A stretch of 64,000 bases of DNA, taken from contig JBLDXI010000009.1 in the NCBI GenBank assembly GCA_047495785.1, positions 3,596,001-3,660,000 of the forward strand, read 5' to 3'. The DNA is from Lepidodermella squamata. Taxonomy: Eukaryota > Animalia > Gastrotricha. The number at the start of each line of letters is the position of its first letter. Within the stretch, counting starts at the first letter, position 1. Below the pieces are notes generated by a model. That model did not search any database and was not told the DNA's origin. It saw only the letters and a list, made by a program, of their open reading frames with translations. The position numbers were made by a program, and so were the translations under genes. Positions 1 through 12,000 of this stretch are shown piece after piece.

Positions 1-251
1 TGGAATTTAGAAAAAATAGCCCAACGCCATGATTATCACCTGCACAGGTGAACTGGAGTCGGACAAGCCGCAGGCAATTAAGCTGTACGAGATTACCCCA
101 AAAACCCAAGCGTTAAAATCATAGATAAATTGCTAAATTTTTCGGCACATGATTTTGGCGTTTTTTGCTCAAAAGCTGAACACAGCAGATGTCGAAAACG
201 AGCAATGAGCTTCCCTTCCTTCCCTTGAAATGCCCCAGTAGGTTAGGGGAC

Positions 252-272
252 GGGGGGGGGGGGGGGGGGGGG
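252..272 (+). repeat. poly-G tract (G21)
   Basis: Uninterrupted run of 21 G, preceded by GGTTAGGGGAC. Confidence 0.9.
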
Positions 273-1920
273 AGTGAAAGGCTAGCGAAGGTGGCACGCA
301 TAATTTATAATTCGTTAATTTACTACAGCTAATTAAATAAAAATCATCGATTCATTGCATGCAATTTCATGCATAAAAACAAACTTTTTGAAAATGAAAT
401 GTGTCGTGGCGTGCATTCAGAACCGCCGTAAAGCTAAGTCACGTACAATCACCCTTTTGAAGTCGTGAAACCAGGCCATAAATCTGCCATCACGGATTAT
501 CAGGCACCCCTCTGACCAACCACGGTATGTTAGGAGGGGATAATATCCAGCGATATTATACCCCCTATTTTAGCCTGCGTGATGATCCGCGTGTTATTTC
601 GTATTTCTATTTTGTGACACATTTCTGATTATACTGGAGAAAAGAGTGTGATTAGCTGGAAAAAGTACTAGCTGAAACGAAAAGGGTTTGCAGAGGAAAA
701 GAGTAATTTACTGAGAAAAGTATGATCCAAAAATGAAACAAAAACCAGGGGGTCATTTTTTTTACCCCAACCGCGTAACCCCAAATGACGGTAAGTATAG
801 ATTTCCTGCATTTCTCTTATTAATCGAACAAAATCAGTTGCAGGGCTTATAAATCATAAATTGTAAATCTCGAAGAGGACTTTTGAGTCGGGGATAACAA
901 CATTTTCTTGCAAAACTTGGTGTTTCAAATCATGGTGGTCCAAGTGAGGAGAATTTTAGACAATGCGTATATTAAGTAGTAGCATACAAGAATAATAATT
1001 ATTATTTGTCTATGATAAGTAGACAAAAAATTAGACTCTTAGTGTAAAAATAGAAAAATAATTCCGTACCATCTACTCAAAAATGGAAAGCGCAAGATTG
1101 CCTTGAGAAAATGTCTGCGCGATAGGAAAACCATCGCCCTTGGCGGGATATTACAATAATTTACAAAAATTGAAAAAATTACCGTCTGGCATCGTAAAAG
1201 AAGGTCGTTATTACTGCTAACTTTCAAGGTCCTTAGTCATTTGCGTGCGTTGTCTCGTGTAATAAAAGGCGCATTTTTTGCATAAATTACTATATTGCAG
1301 TTATACTAGGTATATCAATGCGGCCAATGCGCGCATGCTATAACCAGCAGTTGCGCAGTGACGATATTCTCGGCAGGCGTCAGGCGGCGTTTTGATATCA
1401 TTACCCCCGAAATAAATAATGAAAGATTTTCGCTGGCTGGCAGGCAAAAGCTCACGAGCCGTAAAACGAGACGCACTGAGCTCGAAAAAGGCGTTACGCT
1501 GCTAGAATTGCCACTGTAATAAACTAACAGTGGCTTTTGTTGGTCAGAAAGCAACACTTCATGCGTTAGTGCTCGGTTCACTCACACCTGGGTACCTGCA
1601 ACTCATTTGCTACGCATTTCATAATCGAAAAAGGAATGCGTTACTGAAACAAAAAAATACCGGCTTCTCAGAGCAGTAAATTTATTTCCGAAAACGACGT
1701 ATTTTCAAGACGTTTCACCCGGAAACGAGCACATCATTATGTCAAAAATATAAAGAAATATTTAAAAACAAAACTTGGATACCGACACAAAAAACTTGCG
1801 CCATGTAGTGGAAGAGAGACACAGTTCGCACTACCTGAACAATAAACATTACCGATTTACATAATTTTAATTATTCCGAAGATAAGATTTATATCATTAA
1901 GATGTAGTAGTGGAGTAGAG

Positions 1921-2899
1921 TTAATCTGCATGCATGTGGTCATCGGGGACATCGCGGGAGTACGGAGGAGGTGCGTGGGGAGGGTGGTCTGGAGCGGAGG
2001 GTTCCGAGATCGGCCGGTTTGGCGATGAAGGAGGAGAATTTCCAGCAGGCCTTTGATTGGCTCGAGACTGAAATATAGACAAAAATTCAACTAAAAAAAC
2101 TAGAAATGGTAAAAATAATTACCGTTTGATTAGCAGCAGCGTTATTGCCCGTTTGACCGAAACCGAGAAGTCTGTAGAAATGGGCGGCAACAGCTGCCAA
2201 AAACGCAAGAGTGAAAGCAATGAGAGCCAAACTGGAGAAGCCGTCGAACAGCGACCGGTACCGAATTCTCGCGTACCACACACAGCCAAGGACTATCGTA
2301 AGTAACGGCATTAACAGCCGTCCTACTTCGTCGTATTCATTGAGGTTGTCGAAGGTGTGCGGAACTCTGTTCGCTTGAGCATAATTAGGCGGTTGGCCCT
2401 GGTTGTTAGGCTGGTTAACAGGCGGTAGACGGCGCTCTGAGACGAGGCAATGAATCGTGGCCTGGTCAGTCAGACCGGCTTCGGAGATTTTTTGATCGAT
2501 TATACCGAGTTCTCGGCCGCGAAAAACCAGCCGAACCATTTTGCGCCCTCCATCCAACTCCTGGGCCATATGAATCCGTTTTAACTGACCAATCGTCCAA
2601 TCTTCAGTCACCTCCACAGTTCGTTCTGTATCGTTTAAGAATTTCAGTTTCAACCTCAACGTTTGGCCGGTTGTAGGCGGCGGTTCGTCGCTTGAAAATT
2701 CATCATTCGGCCGAGTTTCTTGATTTCGATTTGCTTCGTTTGACGCTGTCGGCTGGCTGGCTTGTGTTTGCTCGGACGGTGGTGGGAAGTTATGGCGAAC
2801 TCGAGTCGACCGCCACATCATGACTACGGCAGCAGAAACAACGGCAAACGCACCGAACGAAAGGACGATTTCATCGTCCACACCTTCAATTAAAACCAT
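1921..2899 (-). CDS. TMUB: Transmembrane and ubiquitin-like domain protein (TMUB1/2-like); exons 2899-2123, 2067-1921
   Basis: N-terminal LIEGVDDE+TM, UBL domain (LRLKLKFLNDTER...VRLVFRGREL...TIHCLVS), two C-terminal TMs (LLTIVLGCVWYARIRY). A 55-nt GT-AG intron (2122-2068) adds a Pro-rich tail ending PPPYSRDVPDDHMHAD*. Confidence 0.88.
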
Positions 2900-3169
2900 C
2901 TAGATAACAGATTGAAATCAATACTTTTATTATGCAATATCACTTATTTTTTCCATTAAAGAATCAAATTATTTGGAATAGTTATTTCTCGGGTTAAAAT
3001 AGTACTAGCATGTTCATTGTGCGTTAAAACGAGCCGCTTATATACATATATTATGCAAGTTATCCCTTCATTTAAATAATTGGATGGAAAGCCCTCGATT
3101 GCAGTAACAATAAGAATGTTTAAAAACAATTGCAATATTAGGAGAATGCAGCAGTAGGTTTCAAACTAA

Positions 3170-4777
3170 TCAAGCAGCCACGATTTCGCCTTCAGCATGA
3201 CCGCCGGATGAGTTGGTTGAACTTCGCTCAGCTCGGGCGATGAGGCTATCACGATCGCTACTCCCAGTTGTTGGTTGGCGATTCCGCCGCTCAAGTTTCA
3301 TGAAATAGGTCATCGCCACGCATGCTAATAGGGCGAGAATAGCACCACCTCCAGGCACAATTGACATCATATATCGATAGTAATCTGGGTGATCAGCTGT
3401 GTGTTGCGTTTGGATCAACATGATAGCCAAGCCATTCGCAACCTTATCGAAGAAGCTCAAAATTCCCCAAACAAAGGCAGCAGTCGTTTTTCCCTAAGGA
3501 TGAAATGCATTATTTGAGATTAGTTAGTTTCGCTTTTTTCATACCTCGACATTGGTGGCAATGGTATCTGAAGTTAACGTGACAGATGCTATGTAAATGG
3601 TTTGCTGCCCGGCTCCGAGAATCGCAGCAACGCCGTAAATGGAATAAGCAGCAGCTGTTCCAGGTCGGAGGAAGAAAATCCAAACACAACCGGCAAGAAC
3701 AAAAATAGAACCAAGCAACACAACCCGGCGCCTGCCCAGCCATCTATGCAAAAATGGCGTAGCAAGCGAAGCCACAAATCCGGAGACATATAGCGCCAGA
3801 GGAACAGTGGCTATATCATTCTTCGTGAGTTCCAAAGTTTCCAACACATAAAGTGGCAAAACAGCCTGACTGACGTTTAAAATTATTCTCACAGCCGTGT
3901 ACAAAATTGCCAATGAGTAGAACAAAGGTTTCAAAAACCAGGAGAGACGATCGTCAATTTTCTGAGATCTAGGTTCTTCATTATGCGGGTCGACACTGCC
4001 GTAATTTACATTGGATTGTTCATGCGGCTGGTCATCACAACCTCGCGTTGTTTTGGTTTCTGATGTAAAAATGTGGAAGATAAACGTGAAAACCAGTCCA
4101 GTGCCGACTAAAATTAGCGAGAGAAGCTGAAATTGCGGTCCATCCTCCGTATTCAAATCCGGGCCATTATCATTCTTATCTTTCGATCCAAACAGAAGCC
4201 AAGTTAGTAGGTATACAGCGATTGTAGCTGCAACTGTGAAGTCGTTTCTGCGAGCTGCTAAAGTAACACGCAAATCTTCTGAATCTCCAGCAATCTCAGG
4301 TATCAACGCTAGATGAGAAATTTGTATTGCAGCCCAGCCGAATTGGAAGATTGCTACAAAAGGAGCATAATAAGTGAACATGGCCCAGTCGGTCGTCGCG
4401 CCAGGTTGACAGCCGAGACACGGCATGAAAATAAATGGAAACGACAGAGCTACGCACAAGGTTCCAAACAGATGCCAAGTTTTTCGCCGGCCATAATTTC
4501 GACAACCTTCACGTCTTGTTCTGTCTGACTCAATGCCAACAAATGTGGTGGAGATGGCATCGGCAATCTGACCAAACAGCATAACATATCCAGCCCAGTT
4601 GGCTCCCATATTTAGAACTGAAAAACAAACCGTCTCCGGTTTTAGATAACGCTAAGCTCGGGGGTTGATTCGCCCACCTTTTTGAAAATAAGCAACAAGG
4701 TATGTAAACCAAACCGCAGCGGTAAGGTCATTGAGCACATGCCCGACCGAGAACGCAAGCTTGTGGCGTATAAGCAT
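3170..4777 (-). CDS. MFSD12: MFS transporter MFSD12-like; exons 4777-4678, 4617-3545, 3493-3170
   Basis: SVGHVLNDLTAAVWFTYL, GRRKTWHLFG, IFQFGWAAIQISHLALIPE and SFFDKVANG motifs; two short GT-AG introns restore a 498-aa frame. Confidence 0.92.
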
Positions 4778-6220
4778 TCTTTGTATTGTATATAAAACTG
4801 AACCTATATTAGTCCGTCCTATTTTTAATCTGAACGGACGGCTTCTGAAGTTGATAAACATTTTAGTCCACAGTCAAAATCAGCTTATGACAGCAGATTT
4901 AATCTAACATAAACTATAAGGTGCATTTAACAAAAAAAAGCGTTAGTAAAAATTAAAAGCGTGCCAAAAAGAGCTGGTGAATTAACAGAATTCAGCAATC
5001 TTGGATAAATCGCAGCTCAGAATGAAGCTCTTCGATCGTCGGTAGTTTCTCAGTACTGTTTCTCAGAACAGTTCTAAATACTTACACAAATATGTTGAGA
5101 AATAAAAATTTAGAGCCAACGAAATGGCATGTGACCTATTTCACTCTCAACAAGCGAAGAGAATATTGGCGGGTGTGGCCAAGCTGAACGCTAAAAAAGC
5201 AACCAACTCTGAACTTATTGCACATCGCAGAGAAGAATGGCAAGAGCTTTAGGGTGCAGCGTGATAGAAAAAGAACCCTTGTTCAAAGAAAATTGTAAAA
5301 CAAAACTGGAAGCGTATCGTGGGAAAAAGCCAGCAAGGGAGCGGCGAAACCACACACAGCAATAAAAACCCCACCCAAAAAAGCAACGAAATCCACAAGT
5401 AGCAAAGAAATGAAAAAGTTGAGAGAATAGATCAGTGCTATACATGTCTCGCGTCTCGCGCCTGCGCAAAAAATGAGGCCGAACGTAGCATGAGGATTTT
5501 TTCAGATTACAAGTCCGTCATCATGCAATCATGCAATGAATGCATGAATATTTAAATGAAAAAGCGTGAAAGCCATATTTTCAACATCTCTTTTGAAATT
5601 AAGGACAACAACTGTTTTAAATATGAATCTGTTTGACAATACTTATAAATTAATCTCGACATAAAATATTACGCGGGCACTTGCTTTCTTGATGCTTTTT
5701 CGATGACTTGGCAGGTGTCCGCTGAAGTTTGTTTGGGAGGCGATGATTAAGAGTCATCGGCTGGGATGCCGAATGTACCTGGACTAAAAGTGGCTTACCG
5801 CCTACCGCATCCCAATGTTTTGCTGGTAGCTCGATCCGACCATCTTAGATCCTCGTTTCGGGTGGCTTCTAGCAGCTGGATACCATCGATGAGATTACTT
5901 GCTATAAAGAACTATTAATGATGTTTAGAATTTTAAAATGCTCCAGTTTTGATCTGACATGCTTTCGCGTGAATTGCTTTCGCGGTATTCTGCCTGACCC
6001 TAGAGAAGGCAATAATATTGCTCCATGTCTCAAAAATTGTGAACTGATTTTTGATTCACCTGAATGTTTTTTCCACATACGTTGGTGCTGTTTGTTTGTT
6101 CTTTGATGCCCAAGTGCATTCAGACTTTTGATTTCATGTCAGCAATTACTCATTCTCTCGATTGAAGATTCCCTTGCTGTCATTATGCATTTGCTAATTG
6201 CCTAGCTTATTATCCAAGAA

Positions 6221-7178
6221 ATGTCCCGGATCGGTTTTGTCGGCCTTGGCAACATGGGTGGATTCATGGCCCTGAATCTTATCAAGAAGGGTCATAAGGT
6301 GGTTGTGTTCGATGTTGCCGAAGCTGCTGTCAATAAGCTTAAAGCTGCTGGAGCTACTGTTGGTAAAACTCCTAAAGATGTCGCACAGCACGCTGAAGGT
6401 ACCGTCATCACGATGCTTCCGGCAAATGATCATGTTCGCGAAGTATACACTGGCAATAATGGCCTCCTCTCTTCGCCGAAACCTGGCACATTATTTATTG
6501 ACTGCTCCACTGTCGACCCCCATATTTCTCGAGAATTAGCCTGCCGCTCTGCTGGAGCTACGGTCGAGTTTGCCGACGCTCCAGTTTCCGGCGGAGTCAA
6601 CGCGGCGCGAGATGGGATTTTAACCTTTATGGTTGGCTGTGAAGACAATCAATTCCCCAAGGTCAAGTCTATTCTTGAAATGATGGGTAAAACAATCCAT
6701 CACTGTGGCACATATGGAACCGGTGAAGCTGCGAAAATTTGCAACAATATGCTGCTAGGCATTTCCATGATTGGAACTAGCGAAGCTTTTAACTTGGGCA
6801 AGCAGATGGGTCTCGATCCCAAAAAGCTTGCTGCAATCATCAATTCGTCATCTGGCCGTTGCTGGTCAAGTGAATTGTACAATCCCGTGCCGGGTATTCT
6901 GCCTAATGTTCCTGCATCGAATGACTACAATGGAGGATTTGGCTGCTCTTTGATGGCAAAGGTTGTTTGTTATTCTGCAGGATTAAATGTTCAATTGTAA
7001 TTCTTGCAATCAGGACTTGGGCTTAGCTGTCAATTCAGCTGTCGCCACCAATTCTTCGGCGCCTTTGGGAAGTCTCGCTGCCCAGATCTACCGTATGCTA
7101 TGTCAGCATGGCTACGCAAATCGCGATTTCGCTGCCATTTACAAGTTTTTATCTGAAAGCCAATCAGGCAAAAAATAA
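6221..7178 (+). CDS. HIBADH: 3-hydroxyisobutyrate dehydrogenase; exons 6221-6961, 7014-7178
   Basis: IGFVGLGNMG Rossmann motif, DAPVSGG, AKICNNMLL, SSGRCWSS, LMAK|DLGLA across a 52-nt intron. Confidence 0.95.
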
Positions 7179-7376
7179 CCAGTTATCGAAGCTCAGCAGC
7201 TTCCGTAAAACAAATTGGTGGTATTTTTGACTGTTATCTCTCACAAAACCTAATTTACATGTGATCGTCCCTAGCATAATATATTTAGATGAGCCCGTAA
7301 TTAGTCACGTGTGAAAGATAAGATCTTGTTTTCGTGAATCATTGTGATGTTCAATTTCTTTTAGGGTAATTAAAAA

Positions 7377-7786
7377 ATGAACGTAAACCATCCGTGCTGG
7401 TCTTGTCTGGACGCTCAGTATCGGCCATCTGATTCCTTTTATGATGCTGTTTTACTAGCTTTGGGTCTGGACAGTAAGCTACCTAACGTACCTCTTCCAT
7501 TCGAAGCGATCGAAACTGAAAATGTACCCACCGTGCCATTTGATTTGAATTGAAATGTAATTTAATGTAATTTATAAAGCAGGTCGAGCTAACGGATTTC
7601 ATGGAACCATCGAAGCCTTTTGCGTTTCGACCTTCACAGCCCGCGTTCAATGGTCCACCCGGTGGTGGACCTCCTTACACTGGCATTGGCAACAACGAAA
7701 CTTTGCCGAGATCTGTTATTGGCCAACTTGATGCCGGGTTGAATCGACCTATTTTCCCGGTCCTCAATTCAGATATCCCTCGTTAA
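7377..7786 (+). CDS. Uncharacterised ~116-aa protein; exons 7377-7523, 7583-7786
   Basis: ATG follows a TTTCTTTTAG acceptor; the phase-0 59-nt intron joins MNVNHPCWSCLDAQY...ETEN to VELTDFMEPSKPF...DIPR*; AATAAA at 7839. Confidence 0.6.
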
Positions 7787-7883
7787 TCAATTTCCTTCAC
7801 GTTTTAACTCCTTCGCATGGCTCAATCTTTTTTCGATGAATAAACTCGACTTCTTAATTTTTTTCATAGAAATTTATTGAGTG

Positions 7884-8138
7884 ATGCTTCGACAATTTAT
7901 GAAATATTTGAGCGCCCATCCCGAGGTGATAGACAAGCTCTCCGAAACGAGACCCGTCAGACGTGCTGCTCAGCTCGCCGTCGGTTTAGTATACCGAGCT
8001 CGAGCAATTGGCGAAGAAAAATTAGCGGAAAAGGGCGACCCTCACAAACTGCTGACGTCATCGTGGCGCGAATGGCTCGATAATATTGGCAAATATAAAA
8101 ATTCTATAACCTCAGGGAAACCCGAGGACAAAAAATAA
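7884..8138 (+). CDS. NCBP2AS2: NCBP2AS2-like microprotein (84 aa)
   Basis: MLRQFMKYLSAHPEVIDKLSETRPVRRAAQLAV matches the family pattern (LR.L...L.N....I.KLSES.PIRRAAQL). Confidence 0.8.
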   Translation: MLRQFMKYLSAHPEVIDKLSETRPVRRAAQLAVGLVYRARAIGEEKLAEKGDPHKLLTSSWREWLDNIGKYKNSITSGKPEDKK

Positions 8139-8239
8139 CGAGACCGGCTTTTGTTAAAGTATTTCTTTAGTTTTGATTTAATTAAAACGAAAAATCGTTG
8201 TTAATTTGGCAATTTCTTTTCTTAGATTTTGTTGAAAAA

Positions 8240-8950
8240 ATGATTGTCATTATATCATCACCCCTAGTCAGCTACCTGTCCTATGAAATAATGGCTTCAG
8301 ACGGTTGGTTGGAAGGTTTCTTCACCGGGTCGATCTCAAGTCACGGCCGAATGGAGGAGGGCTTTATTTCACACGATTCTCAACTCGAAACAGTCCGAAT
8401 CACTGCTTTCACTCGTGTTGGTGGTCATTCGCCCTCTATTCACTCGCAAAACTCGAATATCTCAAGCGGCATCGTCGGCTGGTTTCGTTACCGAAATAAC
8501 ACCACGAAAAGGCTGTCGTGCCGCGAATGTCACCTTCATCTAAAATTAGCTCGCGATAATCCTCGATTTCTGTTCTGCCTCGCGACTCGAGAGCTAAAGG
8601 GCGACGTTTCGCTGACAACCGCCTTAAACTTCTCTTTCTACCGTGTTTCACCTGCCGATGGGCCGGGTCGAAAAATGAACATCCAGCCTGTTCAGTTGAT
8701 GATCGCGAACCCGGATGACTCTGTCCAGCCTACCTACCCTATTTACCAGATCGAGCATGCGTTTAGCGTACCATGGGCTGTACCAAACGCGACTTCGGGT
8801 GATCAAAAATCAAAGAAAGGCGTCGCTCAGGCGTCCGATCCGAGTCAGTTGATGGCCGACTATACGAAAGCGTCTTTCCAGAAAATGCTGGAGAAACTTG
8901 CTGATGTGTCCATGCAGGTCCAACGTCACGATAGCCTGATTGACTTGTGA
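8240..8950 (+). CDS. ABRAXAS: Abraxas/ABRO1 (FAM175)-like MPN- domain protein
   Basis: EGFFTG, IVGWFRYRNNT...LSCRECHLH and FLFCL segments match the Abraxas MPN- pattern (EGFLLG; VIGWYRFRRNT...MS.RE..LH); short C-terminal helical region. Confidence 0.75.
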   Translation: MIVIISSPLVSYLSYEIMASDGWLEGFFTGSISSHGRMEEGFISHDSQLETVRITAFTRVGGHSPSIHSQNSNISSGIVGWFRYRNNTTKRLSCRECHLHLKLARDNPRFLFCLATRELKGDVSLTTALNFSFYRVSPADGPGRKMNIQPVQLMIANPDDSVQPTYPIYQIEHAFSVPWAVPNATSGDQKSKKGVAQASDPSQLMADYTKASFQKMLEKLADVSMQVQRHDSLIDL

Positions 8951-9091
8951 ATTGTTATTACAATATTTTCAGCTGTGAAAGCAAAGTCTGTTATCATTAT
9001 TTTGCAACGTTTCCTTACAATAAATGCGATGCAATCAGCTGCTTCCTTATTTGGCGTTTTTTCTTATATGTTAGTTTTTTGAATTAGAAAG

Positions 9092-12000
9092 ATGCGGTAT
9101 TTCGTCCACAAATTCGCCGACAACGGCTGCTGCGATTTTAATCGAGAATTTTGGATGGAATTCGTGATGCAAAAAATCGGAGAAACAACAAAAAATGTTT
9201 CTTGTTGTGAAGAAACAGCGGACGGCGGGCTTTACACCGGTAGTCCTGGAATTGCTTACGCTTTTTGGTATTTGGCCCGCAAAGGGGCTGCTGATATGCT
9301 GGATACACAAGCTCGAAATGACCTTCTAACAAAGGTTAGGTCTTGTTGAGGAATTTACAGGTTTGTTGAGGAAAACAGCCCAAATATTCATTGTTAGTTG
9401 AGAACCGAGGTATTAATTTTTCGAAAATGGGTTTTTATCTAAAAAAAAATGGAGGATTTTTTCTGAAAATATTGGAATTAACAGTATAAAAGTATCCAGC
9501 AAAACAAAGTTTCAACAATTATAAATAAAATACCTAGGTGTGCCAATAACTGCAACTTCATGAGACTCATAGCACTAGGCATGCCTAATATTGTGCGCGC
9601 CTAATCCTTGACTCCAAGCCCAATCCGCGCTAATCCCACCCGCGAACATGTCAACACATCAACTTCAAGCTTCCGCCAGTTGTTGTCTAATTAACAGCAG
9701 AGGCGTGTAAAAGCCGCCGCGGGGGCGATAGAGCCCCTTCGCTTTATGACACATCCGCCAAAACATGGGAGTTTGTCAAAAAATTAGGATGCTCCTTTTA
9801 TTTTAAAATAATCTCAGCGTTGGTGTTCATAGCATAGAATTGAAAAACGCGAATAACTATGAGGTGATTTTCGCATGATATTTAGCCGCCGCGTCTTAGA
9901 ATTTCGTGTTACTATATGAGAAAATAGCCCGTTTCTCATATTTTGACGACCGAAAATAAGATGAATCGGGTTTTTTTCACTGATGAATGCCTGCGTTACC
10001 TTGCCATTGAAAAAAATAAATTTCCGCCAGATTTAGGCTTACAGAAAGCTCAAGCTATGGAATTTACATTTGTTAAAAAAGAAGAACACAAAAATCACTG
10101 AAAAATTCAAAATCGCGCGGTAAAAATTTGCAATAAATGAATGAACAGTCATTTGAACGGAAATAACGAAATTAGTCTTACTACTGTAATAAACGGTAAT
10201 TTCGAGTTGCGACATTCGCTTACATTATTGCTACGGTACTCAAGTATTGCGACGTAACACAGATTATTGCGACACCCGCTCGGATTTTACGTGCGCACCG
10301 CATGTCACTCAAAATTGCGACACTCACTCAGGTTTTTGCGACGCTCGCCATTTTACTCATAACTGCACCTACTAAAAATAAGGTTCCAGCACTAAATTTG
10401 AAAGTCACTCGCACTAATCCTATTTTCGACTAAATAAAAAACTCCAGCACTAAATTTGCGTAGCCACCACCTAATTCTGCTCAATTAGAACTGAGAATAT
10501 CATCAAGAGACGGCGAGCCCCGGAAGCCATTCGGACAAGTGGTCTTTGACCGCTCTCAGCGCGAACTCGTAGTCATCCTCAGCTTCGCCAGTGCACACCG
10601 CCACCATAATCGGGCGAAAATGTCGGTCCTAACGAGGAGAATTAGAAAATAATAAAGTTAATCGACAGCAACACGAACCCTGTCACTAAAGCCAACCAAG
10701 CCAAATCACTACCATCCCCTCCCTTCCGTTGGTACAGATCCGAAATGTCATCAACTTGTGTAAAGGGGAATACAAAATCATGACAAGACGAGCAGTTATC
10801 GAAAGCTGCGGAGAGGCACCAGAATCATCGGCAACAAGAGAACAAGAAAAAGACTCAGCAGTAGGTTTCAATTAAAGATTTTGATTTAGGCGTAGAAGAA
10901 GTCGAAGACGCAGAAGGGAAGGAAAGGAAAAGCGAATAGCGCTCTAGACGCGAAATATTCACATTTTGACGATTGTTAAGATCGACCCAGCCATCTTTAT
11001 TAACCGGGCAGATAGTAACTAACGAGTTGGAAATCGTTTTAACAACGCGAAAAGGACCATTACGGCGGGGCGCAAGGGTAGAGCGGTGAATCACGCTTGG
11101 AACATCCAATAAAACCGTGTCTCCAGGGGAAAATTACTGAGCCGGCGCGTCGTTAGTGCGACTCGACACACGCTTTTCTTTTCGTCGATTTGATCGTAAT
11201 TGAAGTAGGACATCACGAAGATGTCATCCATTGACGTTGTAGACTCCTTGGAATGCTCCTCTGCGAATTGGCATAGCGAATTGAACTTTGCCGCCTCGAA
11301 CCATCAGGGTCAGTTGTTTCGAAGCAAGTTCAGCTTGAGTTTTAGCTTGGTTCGCTTGTACCACAGATGGGTGTTTCTTGTTAAGGTGCCGGCAGAGATT
11401 GGTCGAAATAGCATAATTAAAGTAAATAAAAAATTGAAAGTAATTTTAGTTTATACGTACCTTCGTTTGCGCAGTAGTCGCGGCTGCATAAGTTGCACGT
11501 GTAAGCGAAAGTTCCTTGGCTGGCAATAACGCTTCCTTTGTAGGTGAACGACGAACTACAAAGCTGATTAGAGAGCCGGGGCGCCGGTACCTGCTTGTCG
11601 AGCTGAGCATCTGAGTAAACTTTTGCCCGGTGATTTACTGCAAACGTTGATGAGTGGGCCAGTAGGTTCGACTTGTGGCTCGGAAGAATTCGCACCGGGA
11701 TTCGCGGCAGAAGTGACCTTTTTCTTAGCCTTGGAATTGGCCGAATTGCGACCACGGCCTCGACCGCGAGCCATAAATGTTTTACAAGTGAAACTTGCCT
11801 ATAATATCCATATTTTCTGTCCGCGCAAAAGCGGCCCATTTTTTCAGTAACTTCGGATTTAGCGCGAGTTTTCAAATCAAATCAAGTCTGGCATTAATTT
11901 TCAAATCAAATCAAATCAAATTGTCCTCAAAATGACCTCAAATCAATTCACATCAATTCAAATAAATTCAAATCAGATCAATTCCAAAGCTCTGCTTCAA

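Noticed and set aside
6139-6183. Minus-strand ATG...TGC TGA (Cys-Sec) as a selenoprotein
   Set aside because: Read-through product has no selenoprotein similarity and no SECIS could be identified.
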